Source: Octopus vulgaris
Taxonomy: Eukaryota
Length of the DNA: 64,000 nucleotides
Assembly: GCA_951406725.2 (NCBI GenBank)
Contig: OX597818.1
Span: 141,980,001-142,044,000, forward strand
Reading direction: 5' to 3'
A model generated the notes under the pieces. It was not told where the DNA came from, ran no database searches, and saw only the letters and a list, made by a program, of their open reading frames with translations. Of the stretch, positions 1 to 12,975 are shown piece by piece (within the stretch, counting starts at the first letter, position 1; every line of letters begins with the position of its first letter). The position numbers were made by a program, and so were the translations under genes.

Positions 1-3000
1 GGGTTGGAAATTGTGGAAGGAATATTGAACATTCCTGAGAGGGGGATTAGAAGGTGAATGTGAGGAAGCGGCGGAAGGAATATTGAACATTCCAGAGAGG
101 GGGATTTGAAGGTGAAGGGGAGGAAGGGGATGAAGGAATATTGAACATTCCTGAGAGGGGGATTTGAAGGTGAATGGGAGGAAGGGGCGGAAGGAATATT
201 GAACATTCCAGAGAGGGGGATTTGAAGGTGAAGGGGAGGAAGCGGATGAAGGAATATTGAACATTCCTGAGAGGGGGATTTCAAGGTGAAGAGGAGGAAG
301 GGGATGAAGGAATATTGAACATTCCAGAGAGGGGGATTTGAAGGTGAAGGGGAGGAAGGGGATGAAGGAATATAGAACATTCCAGAGAGGGGGATTTGAA
401 GGTGAAGGGGAAGAAGGGGATGACGGAATATTAAACATTCCAGAGAGGGGGGTTTATGGTGAAGGGGAGGAAGGGGCGGAAGGAATATTGAACATTCCAG
501 TGAGGGGGATTTGAAGGTGAAGGGGAGGAAGGGGCGGGAGGAATATTGAACATTCCAGAGAGGGGGATTTGAAGGTGAAGGGGAGGAAGGGGATGACGGA
601 ATATTGAACATTCCAGAGAGGGGGGTTTTAAGGTGAAGGGGAGGAAGGGGCGGAAGGAATATTGAACATTCCAGAGAGGGGGATTTGAAGGTGAAGGGGA
701 GGAAGGGGCGGAAGGAATATTGAACATTCCAGAGAGGGGGATTTGAAGGTGAAGGGGAGGAAGGGAATGAAGGAATATTGAACATTCCAGAGGGGGAGAT
801 TTGAAGGTGAAGGGGAGGATGGGGATGACGGAATATTGAACATTCCAGGGAGGGGGATTTTAAGGTGAAGGGGAGGAAGGGGCGGAAGGAGTATTGAACA
901 TTCCAGAGAGGGGGATTTGAAGGTGAAGGGTTGGAAATTGAGGAAGGAATATTGAACATTCCTGAGAGGGGGATTTGAAGGTGAATGTGAGGAAGGGGCG
1001 GAAGGAATATTGAACATTCCAGAGAGGGGGATTTGAAGGTGAAGGGGAGGAAGGGGATGAAGGAATATTGAACATTCCTGAGAGGGGGATTTGAAGGTGA
1101 ATGGGAGGAAGGGGCGGAAGGAATATTGAACATTCCAGAGAGGGGGATTTGAAGGAGAAGGGGAGGAAGGGGATGAAGGAATATTGAACATTCCAGAGAG
1201 GGGGATTTGAAGGTGAAGGGGAGGAAGGGGATGAAGGAATATTGAAAATTCCTGAGAGGGGGATTTGAAGGCGAAGGGGAGGAAGGGGATGACGGAATAT
1301 TGAACATTCCAGAGAGGGGGATTTGAAAGTTAAGGGTAGGAAGGGGATGAAGGAATATTAAACATTCCAGAGAGGGGGATTTGAAGGTGAAGGGGAGGAA
1401 GGGGATGACGGAATATTGAACATTCCAGAGAGGGGGATTTTAAGGTGAAGGGGAGGAAGGGGCGGAAGGAGTATTGAACATTCCAGAGAGGGGGATTTGA
1501 AGGTGAAGTGGAGGAAGGGGATGAATGAATATTGAACATTCCAGAGAGGGGGATTTGAAGGAGAAGTGGAGGAAGGGGATGAAGGAATATTGGTCATTCC
1601 AGAGAGGGGGATTTGAAGGTGAAGGAGAGGAAGGGGATGAAGGAATATTGAACATTCCAGAGAGGGGGATTTGAAGGTGAAGGGGAGGAAGGGGATGACG
1701 GAATATTGAACATTCCAGAGAGGGGGATTTGAAGGTGAAGGGGAGGAAGGGGATGAAGGAATATTAAACATTCCAGAGAGGGGGATTTGAAGGTGAAGGG
1801 GAGAAAGGGGATGAAGGAATATTGAACATTCCAGAGAGGGGGGATTTGAAGGTGAAGGGGAGGAAGGGGATGAAGGAATATTAAACATTCCAGAGAGGGG
1901 GATTTGAAGGTGAAGGGGAGGAAGGGGATGAAGGAATATTGAACATTCCAGAGAGGGGGGTTTTAAGGTGAAGGGGAGGAAGGGGCGGAAGGAATATTGA
2001 ACATTCCAGAAAGGGGGATTTGAAGGTGAAGGGGAGGAAGGGGCGGGAGGAATATTGAACATTCCAGAGAGGGGGATTTGAAGGTGAAGGGGAGGAAGGG
2101 GATGAAGGAATATTGAACATTCCAGAGAGGGGGATTTGAAGGTGAAGGGGAGGAAGGGGATGAAGGAATATTGAACATTCCAGAGGGGGATTTGAAGGTG
2201 AAGGGGAGGAAGGGGATGAAGGAATATTGAACATTCCAGAGAGGGGGATTTGAAGGTGAAGGGGAGGAAGGGGATGAAGGAATATTGAACATTCCAGAGA
2301 GGGGGATTTGAAGGTGAAGGGGAGGAAGGGGAGGAAGGAATATTGAACATTCCAGAGTGGGGGATTTGAAGGTGAAGGGGAGGAAGGGGATGAAGGAATA
2401 TTAAACATTCCAGAGAGGGGGATTTGAAGGTGAAGGGGAGGAAGGGGATGACGGAATATTGAACATTCCAGGGAGGGGGATTTTAAGGTGAAGGGGAGGA
2501 AGGGGCGGAAGGAGTATTGAACATTCCAGAGAGAGGGGGATTTGAAGGTGAAGGGGAGGAAGGGGCTGGAGGAATATTGAACATTCCAGAGAGGGGGATT
2601 TGAAGGTGAAGGGGAGGAAGGGGATGAAGGAATATTGAACATTCCAGAGAGGGGATTTTAAGGTGAAGGGGAGGAAGGGGCGGAAGGAGTATTGAAGATT
2701 CCAGAGAGGGGGATTTGAAGGTGAAGGGGAGGAAGGGGATGAATGAATATTGAACATTCCAGAGAGGGGGATTTGAAGGTGAAGGGTTGGAAATTGAGGA
2801 AGGAATATTGAACATTCCTGAGAGGGGGATTTGAAGGTGAATGTGAGGAAGGGGCGGAAGGAATATTGAACATTCCAGAGAGGGGGATTTGAAGGTGAAG
2901 GGGAGGAAGGGGATGAAGGAATATTGAACATTCCTGAGAGGGGGATTTGAAGGTGAATGGGAGGAAGGGGCGGAAGGAATATTGAACATTCCAGAGAGGG

Positions 3001-3698
3001 GGATTTGAAGGAGACGTGGAGGAAGGGGATGAAGGAATATTGAACATTCCAGAGAGGGGGATTTGAAGGTGAAGGAGAGGAAGGGGATGAAGGAATATTG
3101 AACATTCCAGAGAGGGGGATTTGAAGGTGAAGGGGAGGAAGGGATGAAGGAATATTAAAAATTCCTGAGAGGGGGATTTGAAGGTGAAGGGGAGGAAGGG
3201 GATGACGGAATATTGAACATTCCAGGGAGGGGGATTTTAAGGTGAAGGGGAGGAAGGGGCGGAAGGAATATTGAACATTCCAGAGAGGGGATTTGAAGGT
3301 GAAGGGGAGGAAGGGGCGGAAGGAATATTGAACATTCCAGAGAGGGGGATTTGAAGGTGAAGGGGAGGAAGGGGATGACGGAATATTGAACATTCCAGAG
3401 AGGGGGGTTTTAAGGTGAAGGGGAGGAAGGGGCGGAAGGAGTATTGAAGATTCCAGAGAGGGGGATTTGAAGGTGAATGGGAGGAAGGGGATGAATGAAT
3501 ATTGAACATTCCAGAGAGGGGGATTTGAAGGTGAAGGGGAGGAAGGGGATGAAGGAATATTGAACATTCCAGAGAGGGGGATTTTAAGGTGAAGGGGAGG
3601 AAGGGGCGGAAGGAATATTGAACATTCCAGAGAGGGGGATTTGAAGGTGAAGGGGTGGAAAGGAGGAAGGAATATTGAACATTCCAGAGAGGGGGATT
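1..3698. repeat. 58-bp tandem satellite, ~64 copies, purine-rich + strand; continues off the left edge
   Basis: Unit GAACATTCCAGAGAGGGGGATTTGAAGGTGAAGGGGAGGAAGGGGATGAAGGAATATT recurs every 58 nt (GAAC at 27, 85...). It accounts for all MFNIPSSPSSPSPSNPPLWNV ORFs. Confidence 0.97.
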
Positions 3699-3700
3699 CC

Positions 3701-6700
3701 AAAGAGGAACGCCAACAGAGATGAAAGGGGAGTACCGACAGAGATCAAAGAGAAGTACCGACAGAGATCAAAGAGGAATGCCGACAGAGATCAAAGGAGA
3801 GTTCTGACAGAGATCAAAGAGGAATGCCGACAGAAATCAAAGGGGAGTACAGACAGAGATCAAAGAGGAATGCCGACAGAGTTCAGAGGGGACTACCGAC
3901 AGAGATCAAAGAGGAATGCCGTCAGAGATCAAAGAGGAGTACCGAAAGATATCAAAGACAAATGCCGTCAAAAATCAAAGTGGAATGCCGACAGAGATCA
4001 AAGAGGAGTACCGACAGAGATCAAAGGGGAGTACCGTCAAAGATCAAAGAGTAATGCCGACAGAGACCAAAGAGGAATGCCGACAGAGATCAAAGGAGAG
4101 TTCCGACAGAGATCAAAGAGGATTCCGACAGAGATCAAAGGGGAGTACCGACAGAGATCAAAGAGGAGTGTCGACAGAGATCAAAGACAAATGCCCTCAA
4201 AGATCAAAGAGGAATACCGAGAGAGATCAAAGAGGAATGCCGACAGAGATCAAAGGGGAGTACCGACAGAGATCAAAGACGAATGCCAACAGAGATCAAA
4301 TGGGGGTACCGGCAAAGATCAAAGAGTAATGCCGACAGAGATCAAAGAGGAGTACCGAGAGAGATCAAAGCGGAATCCCGACAGAGATCAAAGGGGAGTA
4401 CCGACAGAGATCAAAGAGGAATGCCGTCAGAGATCAAAGAGGAGTACCGAGAGAGATCAAATAGAATGCCGACAGAGATCAAATAGGAGTACCGACAGAG
4501 ATCAAAGAGGAATGCCGTCAGAGATCAGAGAGGAATGCCGACAGAGATCAAAGGGATTACCGACAGAGATCAAAGAGGAATGCCAACAGAGATCAAAGGG
4601 GAGTACCGACAGAGATCAAAGTACCGAGAGAGATCAAAGGTGGGTACCGACAGAGATCAAAGGGGAGTACCGACAGATAACAAAGACAAATGCCGTCAAA
4701 GATCAAAGAGTAATGCCGACAGAGACCAAATAGGAATGCCGACAGTGATCAAAGAGGAATGCCGACAGAGATCAAAGGGGAGTGTCGACAGAGATCAAGG
4801 CGGTGCACCGACAGAGATCAAAGAGGAGTACCGACAGAGATCAAAGAGGAGTGTCGACAGAGATCAAATAGGAGCACCGACAGAGATCAAAGAGGATTAC
4901 CGAGAGAGATCAAAGGGGAGTACTGACAGAGATCAAATAGGAGTACCGACAGAGATCAAAGAGGAATGCCGACAGAGATCAAAGAGGAGTACCCACAGAT
5001 ATCAAAGACAAATGCCGTCAAAGATCAAAGAGGAATGCCGACAGAGATCAAAGGGGAGTACTGACAGAGATCAAAGAGGAGTGTCGTCAGAGATCAAAGA
5101 GGAATACCGATAGAGATCAAAGCGGAGTACCGACAGAGATCAAATAGGAATGCCGACAGAGATCAAAGAGGAATGCCGACATAGACCAAAGAGGAGTAGC
5201 GACAGATATCAAAGACAAATGCCGTCAAAGATCAAAGAGGAGTACCGACAGAGATCAAAGAGGAATGCCGACAGAGATCAAAGGGGAGTACCGACAGAGA
5301 TCAAAGACAAATGCCGTCAGAGATCAAGGAAGAGTACCGAGAGAGATCAAAGGGGAGTACCGACAGAGATCAAAGAGGAGTACCGAGAGAGATCAGAGGG
5401 GAGTACCGACATAGATCTATTAGGAGTACCGACAGAGATCATAGATGAATGACGACAGAGATCAAAGGGGAGTGCCGACAGATATCAAACACAAATGCCG
5501 TCAAAGATCAAAGATCTGTCGGCACTCCCCTTTGATCTCTGACGGCATTCCTCTTTGATCTCTGTCGGTACTCCTATTTGATCTCTGTCGGTACTCCCCT
5601 TTGATCTCTCTCGATACTCCTCTTTGATCTCTGTCGGTACTCCCCTTTGATCTCTCTCGGTTCTCCCCTTTGATCTCTGTTGGCATTCCTCTTTGATCTC
5701 TGTCGGTACTCCTCTTTGATCTCTGTCGGTACTCCTCTTTGATCTCTGTCGGTATTCCCCTTTGATCAAAGAGGAATGCCGTCAGAGATCAAAGGGGAGT
5801 GCCGACAGATATGAAAGACAAATGCCGTCAAAGATCAAAGAGTAATGCCGACAGAGACCAAAGAGGAATGCCGACAGAGATCAAATGGGAATACCGACAG
5901 TGATCAAAGAGGAATGCCGGCAGAGATCAAAGGGGGTACCGACAGAGATCAAAGAGTAATGCCGACAGTGATCAAAGAGGAGTACCGACAGAGATCAAAG
6001 AGGAATGCCGACAGAGATCAAAGGGGAGTAACCGACAGAGATCAAAGAGGAATCCCGTCAGAGATCAAAGAAGGGTACCGACAGAGATCAAAGAGGAATG
6101 CCGACAGATATCAAAGGGGAGTACCGACAGAGATCAAAAGGACTACCGAGAGATATCAGAGGGGATACCGACAGAGATCTAATAGGAGTACCGACAGAGA
6201 TCATAGAGGAATGCCGACAGAGATCAAAGGGGAGTGCCGACAGATATCAATGACAAATGCCGTCAAAGATCAAAGAGGAATGCCGACAGAGATCAAAGAG
6301 GAATGCCGACAGAGATCAAAGGGGAGTACCGACAGAGATCAAATAGGAATGCCGACAGAGATCAAAGAGGAATGCCGACATAGATCAAAGAGGAGTACCG
6401 ACAGATATCAAAGAGGAATGCCGACAGAGATCAAAGGGGGGTACCGACAGAGATCAAAGAGGAATGCCGGCATTCTCTTTGATCTCTGTCGGTTCTCCTC
6501 TTTGATTTCTGTCGGAATTCTTCCTTGTTCTCTTTCGGTGCTCCACTTTGATCTCTGTCGGTACTCCTCTTTGATCTCTGTCGGAACTCCCCCTTTGATC
6601 TGTCGGTATTCCTCTTTGATCTGTGACGACATTCCTCTTTGATCTCTGTTGGTACTCCTATTTGATCTCTGTCAGCATTCTCTATGATCTTTGTAGGTAC

Positions 6701-6866
6701 TCCTCTTTGATCACTGTCGACATTCCACTTTGATCTCTGTCGGTACTCATCTTTGATCTCTGTCGGTATTCCTCTTCGATCTCTGTCGGCATCCCTCTTT
6801 GGTCACTGTCGGCATTTCTCTTTGATCTCTGTCGGAACTCCCCTTTGATCTGTCGGCCTTCCGACA
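3701..6866. repeat. 23-bp tandem satellite with internal inversions
   Basis: Unit GAGATCAAAGAGGAATGCCGACA and variants. Forward 3701-5513, reverse 5514-5765, forward 5766-6468, reverse 6469-6860. Confidence 0.95.
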
Positions 6867-7599
6867 TGTATGTATGTATGTATGTGTGTATGCATGCATT
6901 TATGTAATGCATGTATGTATGTATGTATGTATGTGTGTATATATGTATGTAAGTATGCATGCATGTTTGCATGTATGTATGTATGTATGTATGTAATGTA
7001 TGTATGTATGTAATGCATGTATGTATGTGTGTATGCATGCATGTATGTACGTGTGTATGCATGCATGTATGTATGTATGTATGTAATGCATGTATGTATG
7101 TATGTATGTATGTATGTATGTATGTATGTGTGTATGTATGTATGTATGTATGTATGTATGTATGTATGTATGTATGAAATGTATGTACGTATGTATGTAT
7201 GTATGTATGCATGCATGCATGCAATGCATGTATATATGTATGTATGTATGCAAGCATGTATGTATATATGTATGTAAGTATGTATGTTTGCATGCATCTA
7301 TGTATGTATGTATGTATGTATGTATGTATGTGTGTATGTAATGCATGTATGTATGTGTGTATGCATGCATGTATGTATGTGTGTATGCATGCATGTATGT
7401 ATGTATGTATGTATGTAATGCATGTATGTATGTAGGTATGTATGTATGTATGTATGTATGTATGTGTGTATGCATGTATATATGTATGTAAGTATGTATG
7501 TATGTATGTATGAAATGTATGTACGTATGTATGTATGTATGTATGTATGTATGTATGTATGCATGCATCTATGTATGTATGTATGTATGCATGTATGTG

Positions 7600-7631
<32 letters not shown>

Positions 7632-7817
7632 TGCATGTATGTATGTATATATGTATGTATGCATGCATGTATGTATGTATGTATGCATGTATGTATGCAC
7701 GCATGTATGTATGCATGTATGTACGTATTTATGTATGTATCTATGTATGTATGTATGCATACATGCATGTGTATATGTGCGTATGTATGTATGTATGTAA
7801 TTATGCATTCATGTATT

Positions 7818-7849
<32 letters not shown>

Positions 7850-8185
7850 CATGCATGCATGTATGTATGTATGCATTTATGAATGTATGTATGTATGTAT
7901 GTATGTATATATGTATGTATGTATGCATGTATTTATGTATGTATGTATGTATGTATGTATATATGTATGAATGTATGTATGTATTTATGTATGTATGCAT
8001 GTATGTATGTATTTATGTATGTATGTATGTATATTTGTATGTATGCGTGTATGTATGTATCTATGTATGTATGTATGTATGTATGTATGCATGTATGTAT
8101 TTATGTATGTATGCATGTATGTATGAATGCATGTATGTATTTATGTATGTATGTATGTATGTATGTATGCATGCATGTATGTATG

Positions 8186-8219
<34 letters not shown>

Positions 8220-8652
8220 TGTATTTATGTATGTATGTATGTATATTTGTATGTATGTATGTATTTATGTATGTATGCATGCATGCATGCATGTATGTAT
8301 GTATGTATGTATGTATGTATGTATGTATGCATGCATGCTTGTATGTTTGTATGTATGTATTCATTTTTGCATGCATGCATGTATGTATGTATGTATTCAT
8401 GCATGTATGTATGTATGTATGTATGCATGTATGAATGTATGTATGTATGTATGTATGTGTGTATGTGTGTATGTATGTATGTATGTATGTATGTATGTAT
8501 GTATTTTGTATGTATGTATGTATATTTGTATGTATGTATGTATTTATGTATGTATGTATGTATGTATGTACGTATGAATGTATGTATGTATTTATGTATG
8601 TATGTATGTATGTATATTTGTATGTATGTATGTGTGTATGTATGTATGTATG

Positions 8653-8684
<32 letters not shown>

Positions 8685-8686
8685 TG
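6867..8686. repeat. Degenerate (TATG)n microsatellite, ~1.8 kb
   Basis: TATG with CATG/TATA/TGTG interruptions; source of the MYVC/HTYI ORFs. Confidence 0.98.
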
Positions 8687-9378
8687 TTAGTTAGTTAGTT
8701 AGTTAGTTAGTTTATTTGGCTCAAAAGCAAATAGCAAGGCCTTGTAAGGGGACATGAAGTTAAGTACAGGGTGGTGTTCATGTAAAGAGTTCGGGCCACT
8801 TGAGGTCAAAGGAGGCTTTGAACAAAGTGGTCGTCGGCATCTTCATCTCGTCTGGCAGCTTGTTCCATGGATCCGCAACCCGGACGGAGAAAGCTCCTCT
8901 CCTTCGATTGAGAGGAAATCGTCGCAGGTAGAGCTTTTCGGAATGACCCCGCATCCGACGCTCTGGAGCAGGAGTGAAGAACAGCTCTTTCAAGAGGTTA
9001 CTGTTTCCGATTATGATGCTGTGGGCGAGAAAGATATCACCACGGCGGCGGCATTTTTTCTAGAGAATAAAGGTCGAGCGTCCTCAGCTTTTCTTCAGAG
9101 GACAAATTTTTGAGACCATGAACCATGTGGGTAGCCAGCTTCTGGACTCTTTCGAGATGCTGTATGTGTTTGAGGAGATAAGGCGAAGAAGCTTGAATCC
9201 CGTATTCCAATATGGGTCTCACCAGCGTGACATAGATTGGTAGGAATATCGCTGCTGTGAGCATTCCGAATGACCGTCGAATCAAGAACAGAATTCCGCG
9301 TGCTTTGTTGGCAGCATGGACGCACTGGGCCGAAGGCGAAAAGGAGGAATCCACCAAGATACCCAGGTCCTTTACCTG
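8687..9378 (-). mobile_element. 5'-truncated CR1-clade LINE (ORF2 C-terminus, 3' UTR, (CTAA)n tail)
   Basis: Minus frames read QVKDLGILVDSS..ANKARGILFLIRRSF..TLVRPILEY..LERVQKLAT..LYSLEK, then RGHSEKL..FSVRVADPWNKLP..FKASFD, typical of the CR1 RT C-terminus. Frameshifted; TTAG repeats at 8687-8712. Confidence 0.88.
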
Positions 9379-9760
9379 ATGTATGTATGTATGTATGTAT
9401 GTATGTATGTATGTATGTATGTATGTATGTATGTATGTATGTATGTATGTATGTATGTATGTATGTATGTATGTATGTATGTATGTATGTATGTATGTAT
9501 GTATGTATGTATGTATGTATGTATGTATGTATGTATGTATGCATGTATGTATGTATCTATGTATGTGTGTATGTCATTGTTCAGTTTTATTTCAAGATTT
9601 CTTGTCAATGGAGAAAGAACCGGTTTCTGACCTAAATCCAAGCTCCTTCATTGGAATTTCAACAACAACAGGGTATGTATGTATGTATGTATGTATGTAT
9701 TTATGAATGTATGTATGTATGTATTTATGAATGTATGTATGTATTTATGTCTGTATGTAT
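9379..9760. repeat. (TATG)n microsatellite interrupted by a ~100-bp non-repetitive insert (9574-9673)
   Basis: Nearly pure TATG 9379-9573, resuming after 9673. The insert is probably a short retroelement 3' end (inference). Confidence 0.85.
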
Positions 9761-10206
9761 ACGAAATGATGGAGTAGTTATTCAATACCCCCGACCCACA
9801 TTTCATGGATATTGTCATCTTAGTTGATCTCTAAGTGAGATTGGCGACACTGATAGTCACCTCATTACAAAGTTTGCCTCCTAAAACGTCTAGACAAATC
9901 CTATCCTGAGTACATTAACTGAACCTTCAGTCCTATTATAAACATTAGCTAGAATTAACTTCTTATTCTGGCACTAACTTGCGAGTACAACGACTACTCC
10001 TAGTTAATGCATCAATTTATTACTACCCTGGGCAGACCACTGTTACCTGGAGATCTTGACATTTTTAAAACAACGCTGACACAATATCATGTAAATTCCA
10101 ATGAACCAATGAAGAGCCAAAGCTTGCATTCTTAAATGCCAGTTTGCTTGTTTGTTTGTTTTTTGCTTTTTTGCTTTGCTTTGTTTTGTTTTATTTTGTT
10201 TTAGTT

Positions 10207-10210
<4 letters not shown>

Positions 10211-10298
<88 letters not shown>

Positions 10299-10305
10299 GT
10301 GTGTA
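10211..10305. repeat. (GT)n microsatellite
   Basis: Direct reading. Confidence 0.97.
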
Positions 10306-10917
10306 GTAATTCGAGAGTGAATCATGTTTCCAGAACTCCATATCCAGCATCTGATTATGCCGCAGTGACAAGAGAGTGATGAAAGACTGGAACTCACGTA
10401 GAGGTTGGATTATCAGAAACCCCAAAGTTGCCTTACGCAATCAAGGTCCTTTCCGCCTCAAGGAGGAGAATCCTCTTATATTTATGGTAACCATTTAAAA
10501 TAGACATTTACTGTTACATTCACTAACCGGTGAGGTGACTTGTGAAGAGTTCAAGAGTTTAGGTGTGAATGAATTTACCCCCTAGTTACCACTAGGTTCA
10601 CTGTGGCCCAGAGTTGTAGTACTTGTCAAGGGCTCTAGTTTATGAGATCCAATACCATATGTTCCTGTGGCTAAGTCATGCAGGATTAGGAAGAGAACTG
10701 CATCCTAGATATGTCATAGACCCCCGTCACTGATGAGTGGACATGTGAACAATTCCACTTGCCTGGGGGTTAAACGGGTCCAGTGTTTGAGGTGTCAACT
10801 TTGGTGGACAGGAGACTATCAGAGTAAAGTCTAAACAAATCAACAGAATGCAACCTGAAACCACTGCTGTATCTTTCCCTAAAACAAAATCATAAGGGAT
10901 CCATAATTCGCCAACGC

Positions 10918-11168
10918 GAGCTGGCAGAAACGTTAAAGGCGGCGAGCTGGCAGAAACGTTAGCACGCCGGGCGACCTGCGTAGCCGTATTTCGTCTGTCG
11001 TTACGTTCCGAGTTCAAATTCCGCCGAGGTCGACTTTGCCTTTCATCCTTTCGGGATCGATAAATTAAGTACCAGTTACGCACTGGGGTCGATGTAATCG
11101 ACTTAATCCCTTTGTCTGTTCTTGTTTGTCCCCTCTGTGTTTAGCCCCTTGTGGGTAGTAAAGAAATA
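10918..11168 (+). mobile_element. tRNA-derived SINE family 2 (core CTTTGCCTTTCATCCTTTCGGGGTCGATAAATTAAGTACCAG), young copy
   Basis: Perfect 16-bp TSD CATAATTCGCCAACGC (10902-10917 / 11169-11184); A/B-box-like head; many paralogues in the window. Confidence 0.92.
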
Positions 11169-11235
11169 CATAATTCGCCAACGCCTATAGGTAAAGTTCC
11201 TGAAAAAAGATTATCCCTTATAAGGTGTTAAAATA

Positions 11236-11440
11236 TTGGTTTCAAATTTTGGCACAAGACCAACATGTTCGAGGAAAAGGCTAAGTCGATTACATCGGCC
11301 CCAGTGATCAACTGGTACTTATTTTATCGACCTCGAAAGGGGTGAAAGACCAAGTCGACCTCTGAAGAATTTGAACTCTGAACGGCGAACGAAATGCTGC
11401 TAAACCCGGCGTGCTAACGATTCTGCTAGCACGTCGCCTA
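11236..11440 (-). mobile_element. SINE family 2, older copy
   Basis: Reverse-complement match to the family core; degenerate TAAAATATT flanks. Confidence 0.8.
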
Positions 11441-12002
11441 ATTAAATGCTAAAATATTACATCGGAGACCTACAATCACATCACTGCCTCTGTTGGAAGT
11501 ACTCGGTCTATATATAGAGTGTTTTCAAGCTTCTACCCTTTCACCCTAGAAGTCTCAGATACAGTGAAACTGATGCAGGACAAACATTTTGATACATTTA
11601 TAGCATCATCGTGAAAATACTAACCTACGGGAAAAGTTTCGTTTACACTTGTATTTGAAGTCCCTGAAAACCTACACGAAAAAATAATAGTTTAAGACTT
11701 AAAACAGTAATTTAATATAAGTGACATATCTGTTATTGTTCTTAGTGAATATGGCTTCCACAAGTTCTTATATACTTGTAATTCACCTCTGGTAATGAGA
11801 AGTTTCCCTACCCATTCTTCGTAGTAAACAATACTTTTAAAAAATTAATCAAAGTGAATATAATGATAAATGTTGAGTGTCGTAAATAATTATTATAGTA
11901 TTTCTACATTGTAGTTGTATCACTTTCGGCCCAAGATCGCAAGTCAATTCATTTGCCAATCAAGTATATCTTCGATATAAAAATGTAATCTAAAATATTC
12001 TA

Positions 12003-12140
12003 CAAAACTGCCTGCGTCAGTTGTTGACTGCCATGACACTGCATCCTTTAAGGCCCTCATGCTTTCCGAAATCCGCCGAAACTACACCTGATTATATATA
12101 CACCTTAGATGAGTTGTAGTGCACCTGAGCACTGTACACA

Positions 12141-12209
<69 letters not shown>
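12003..12209 (+). mobile_element. CR1/L2-like LINE extreme 3' end with (ATT)n tail
   Basis: Reads KLPASVVDCHDTASFKALML (like WNxLPxxVVxAxSxxxFKxxL), then a short UTR and ATT repeats at 12140-12209. Confidence 0.6.
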
Positions 12210-12975
12210 AAACGTAATGAAATGTTTGGAAAAAGAACCACGGAAAAACAATTGATTGATTGCTCTAACAATTAATAAAGACATCTGTTAGTTCATCGGT
12301 TAATCGGTTTACTAGTAGATTAATGATAATAAAAATCAAAAATAATAACAAAAAAATTAAATACAATCAATGCGTATGCTATTATCGGTAAAGACCCACC
12401 AGAAATACATTAAGAAACTAATCGCTTTGAAAGAAAGTAAGGGATATAACTCTGATCCTTTGATGCAGAAGTTAGTTCCCTCCAATACTACGTATAGCCA
12501 ACTATTTTGAATTGTTATAAAGTAAATTATATTACTTCTCTGGACGTCCCTTGTAAAATATTACCTGTTCAAGGTACAGAATTGTGAGCAGAGGATGTCG
12601 CAATCAACAGAATACCGACACCAGGCATACTCACTCTATAGTATAATTATGGCGAACTCACTTGTGATTCAGAAGGGCACCGTTATGTTGGAAACTACCA
12701 AAATAATCTTATCATCTAGGCAGACCTGGTGAGAATGGTCAAGAATGCGTCACTACTTCACCAACCACAAGATCGACGCAAACACACTTAACACTTTATA
12801 TTCTGATTGCAGGTGTTTGGCTATACATAAAATGATAGAATCAGGGAGTATGGAAGAGCAAAGAAGATGTTTGAGAATATCCTAAAAATGATGTGAATTA
12901 AGTATGCTCTCTATACCACAATAAGTTCTGGAACAGAATAAGTAGAGACATTCATAAGGTAACCCAAATACCTAG

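Noticed and set aside
431-6642. Long Pro/Ser-rich and Arg/Glu-rich ORFs (up to 433 aa)
   Set aside because: Translations of 58- and 23-bp satellites; the same peptide cycles through all three frames.
3701-6866. CRISPR-like short repeats
   Set aside because: Units are contiguous with no unique spacers, there are no cas genes, and the context is eukaryotic.
10729-10790. CTGATGA-GTGGA...TCCAC partial hammerhead
   Set aside because: Stem II is present but not followed by GAAA, and there is no stem I pairing.
12540-12860. Ancient RTE-like 3' end (YGEL..GHRYVG..RQTW)
   Set aside because: Too decayed to support by eye.
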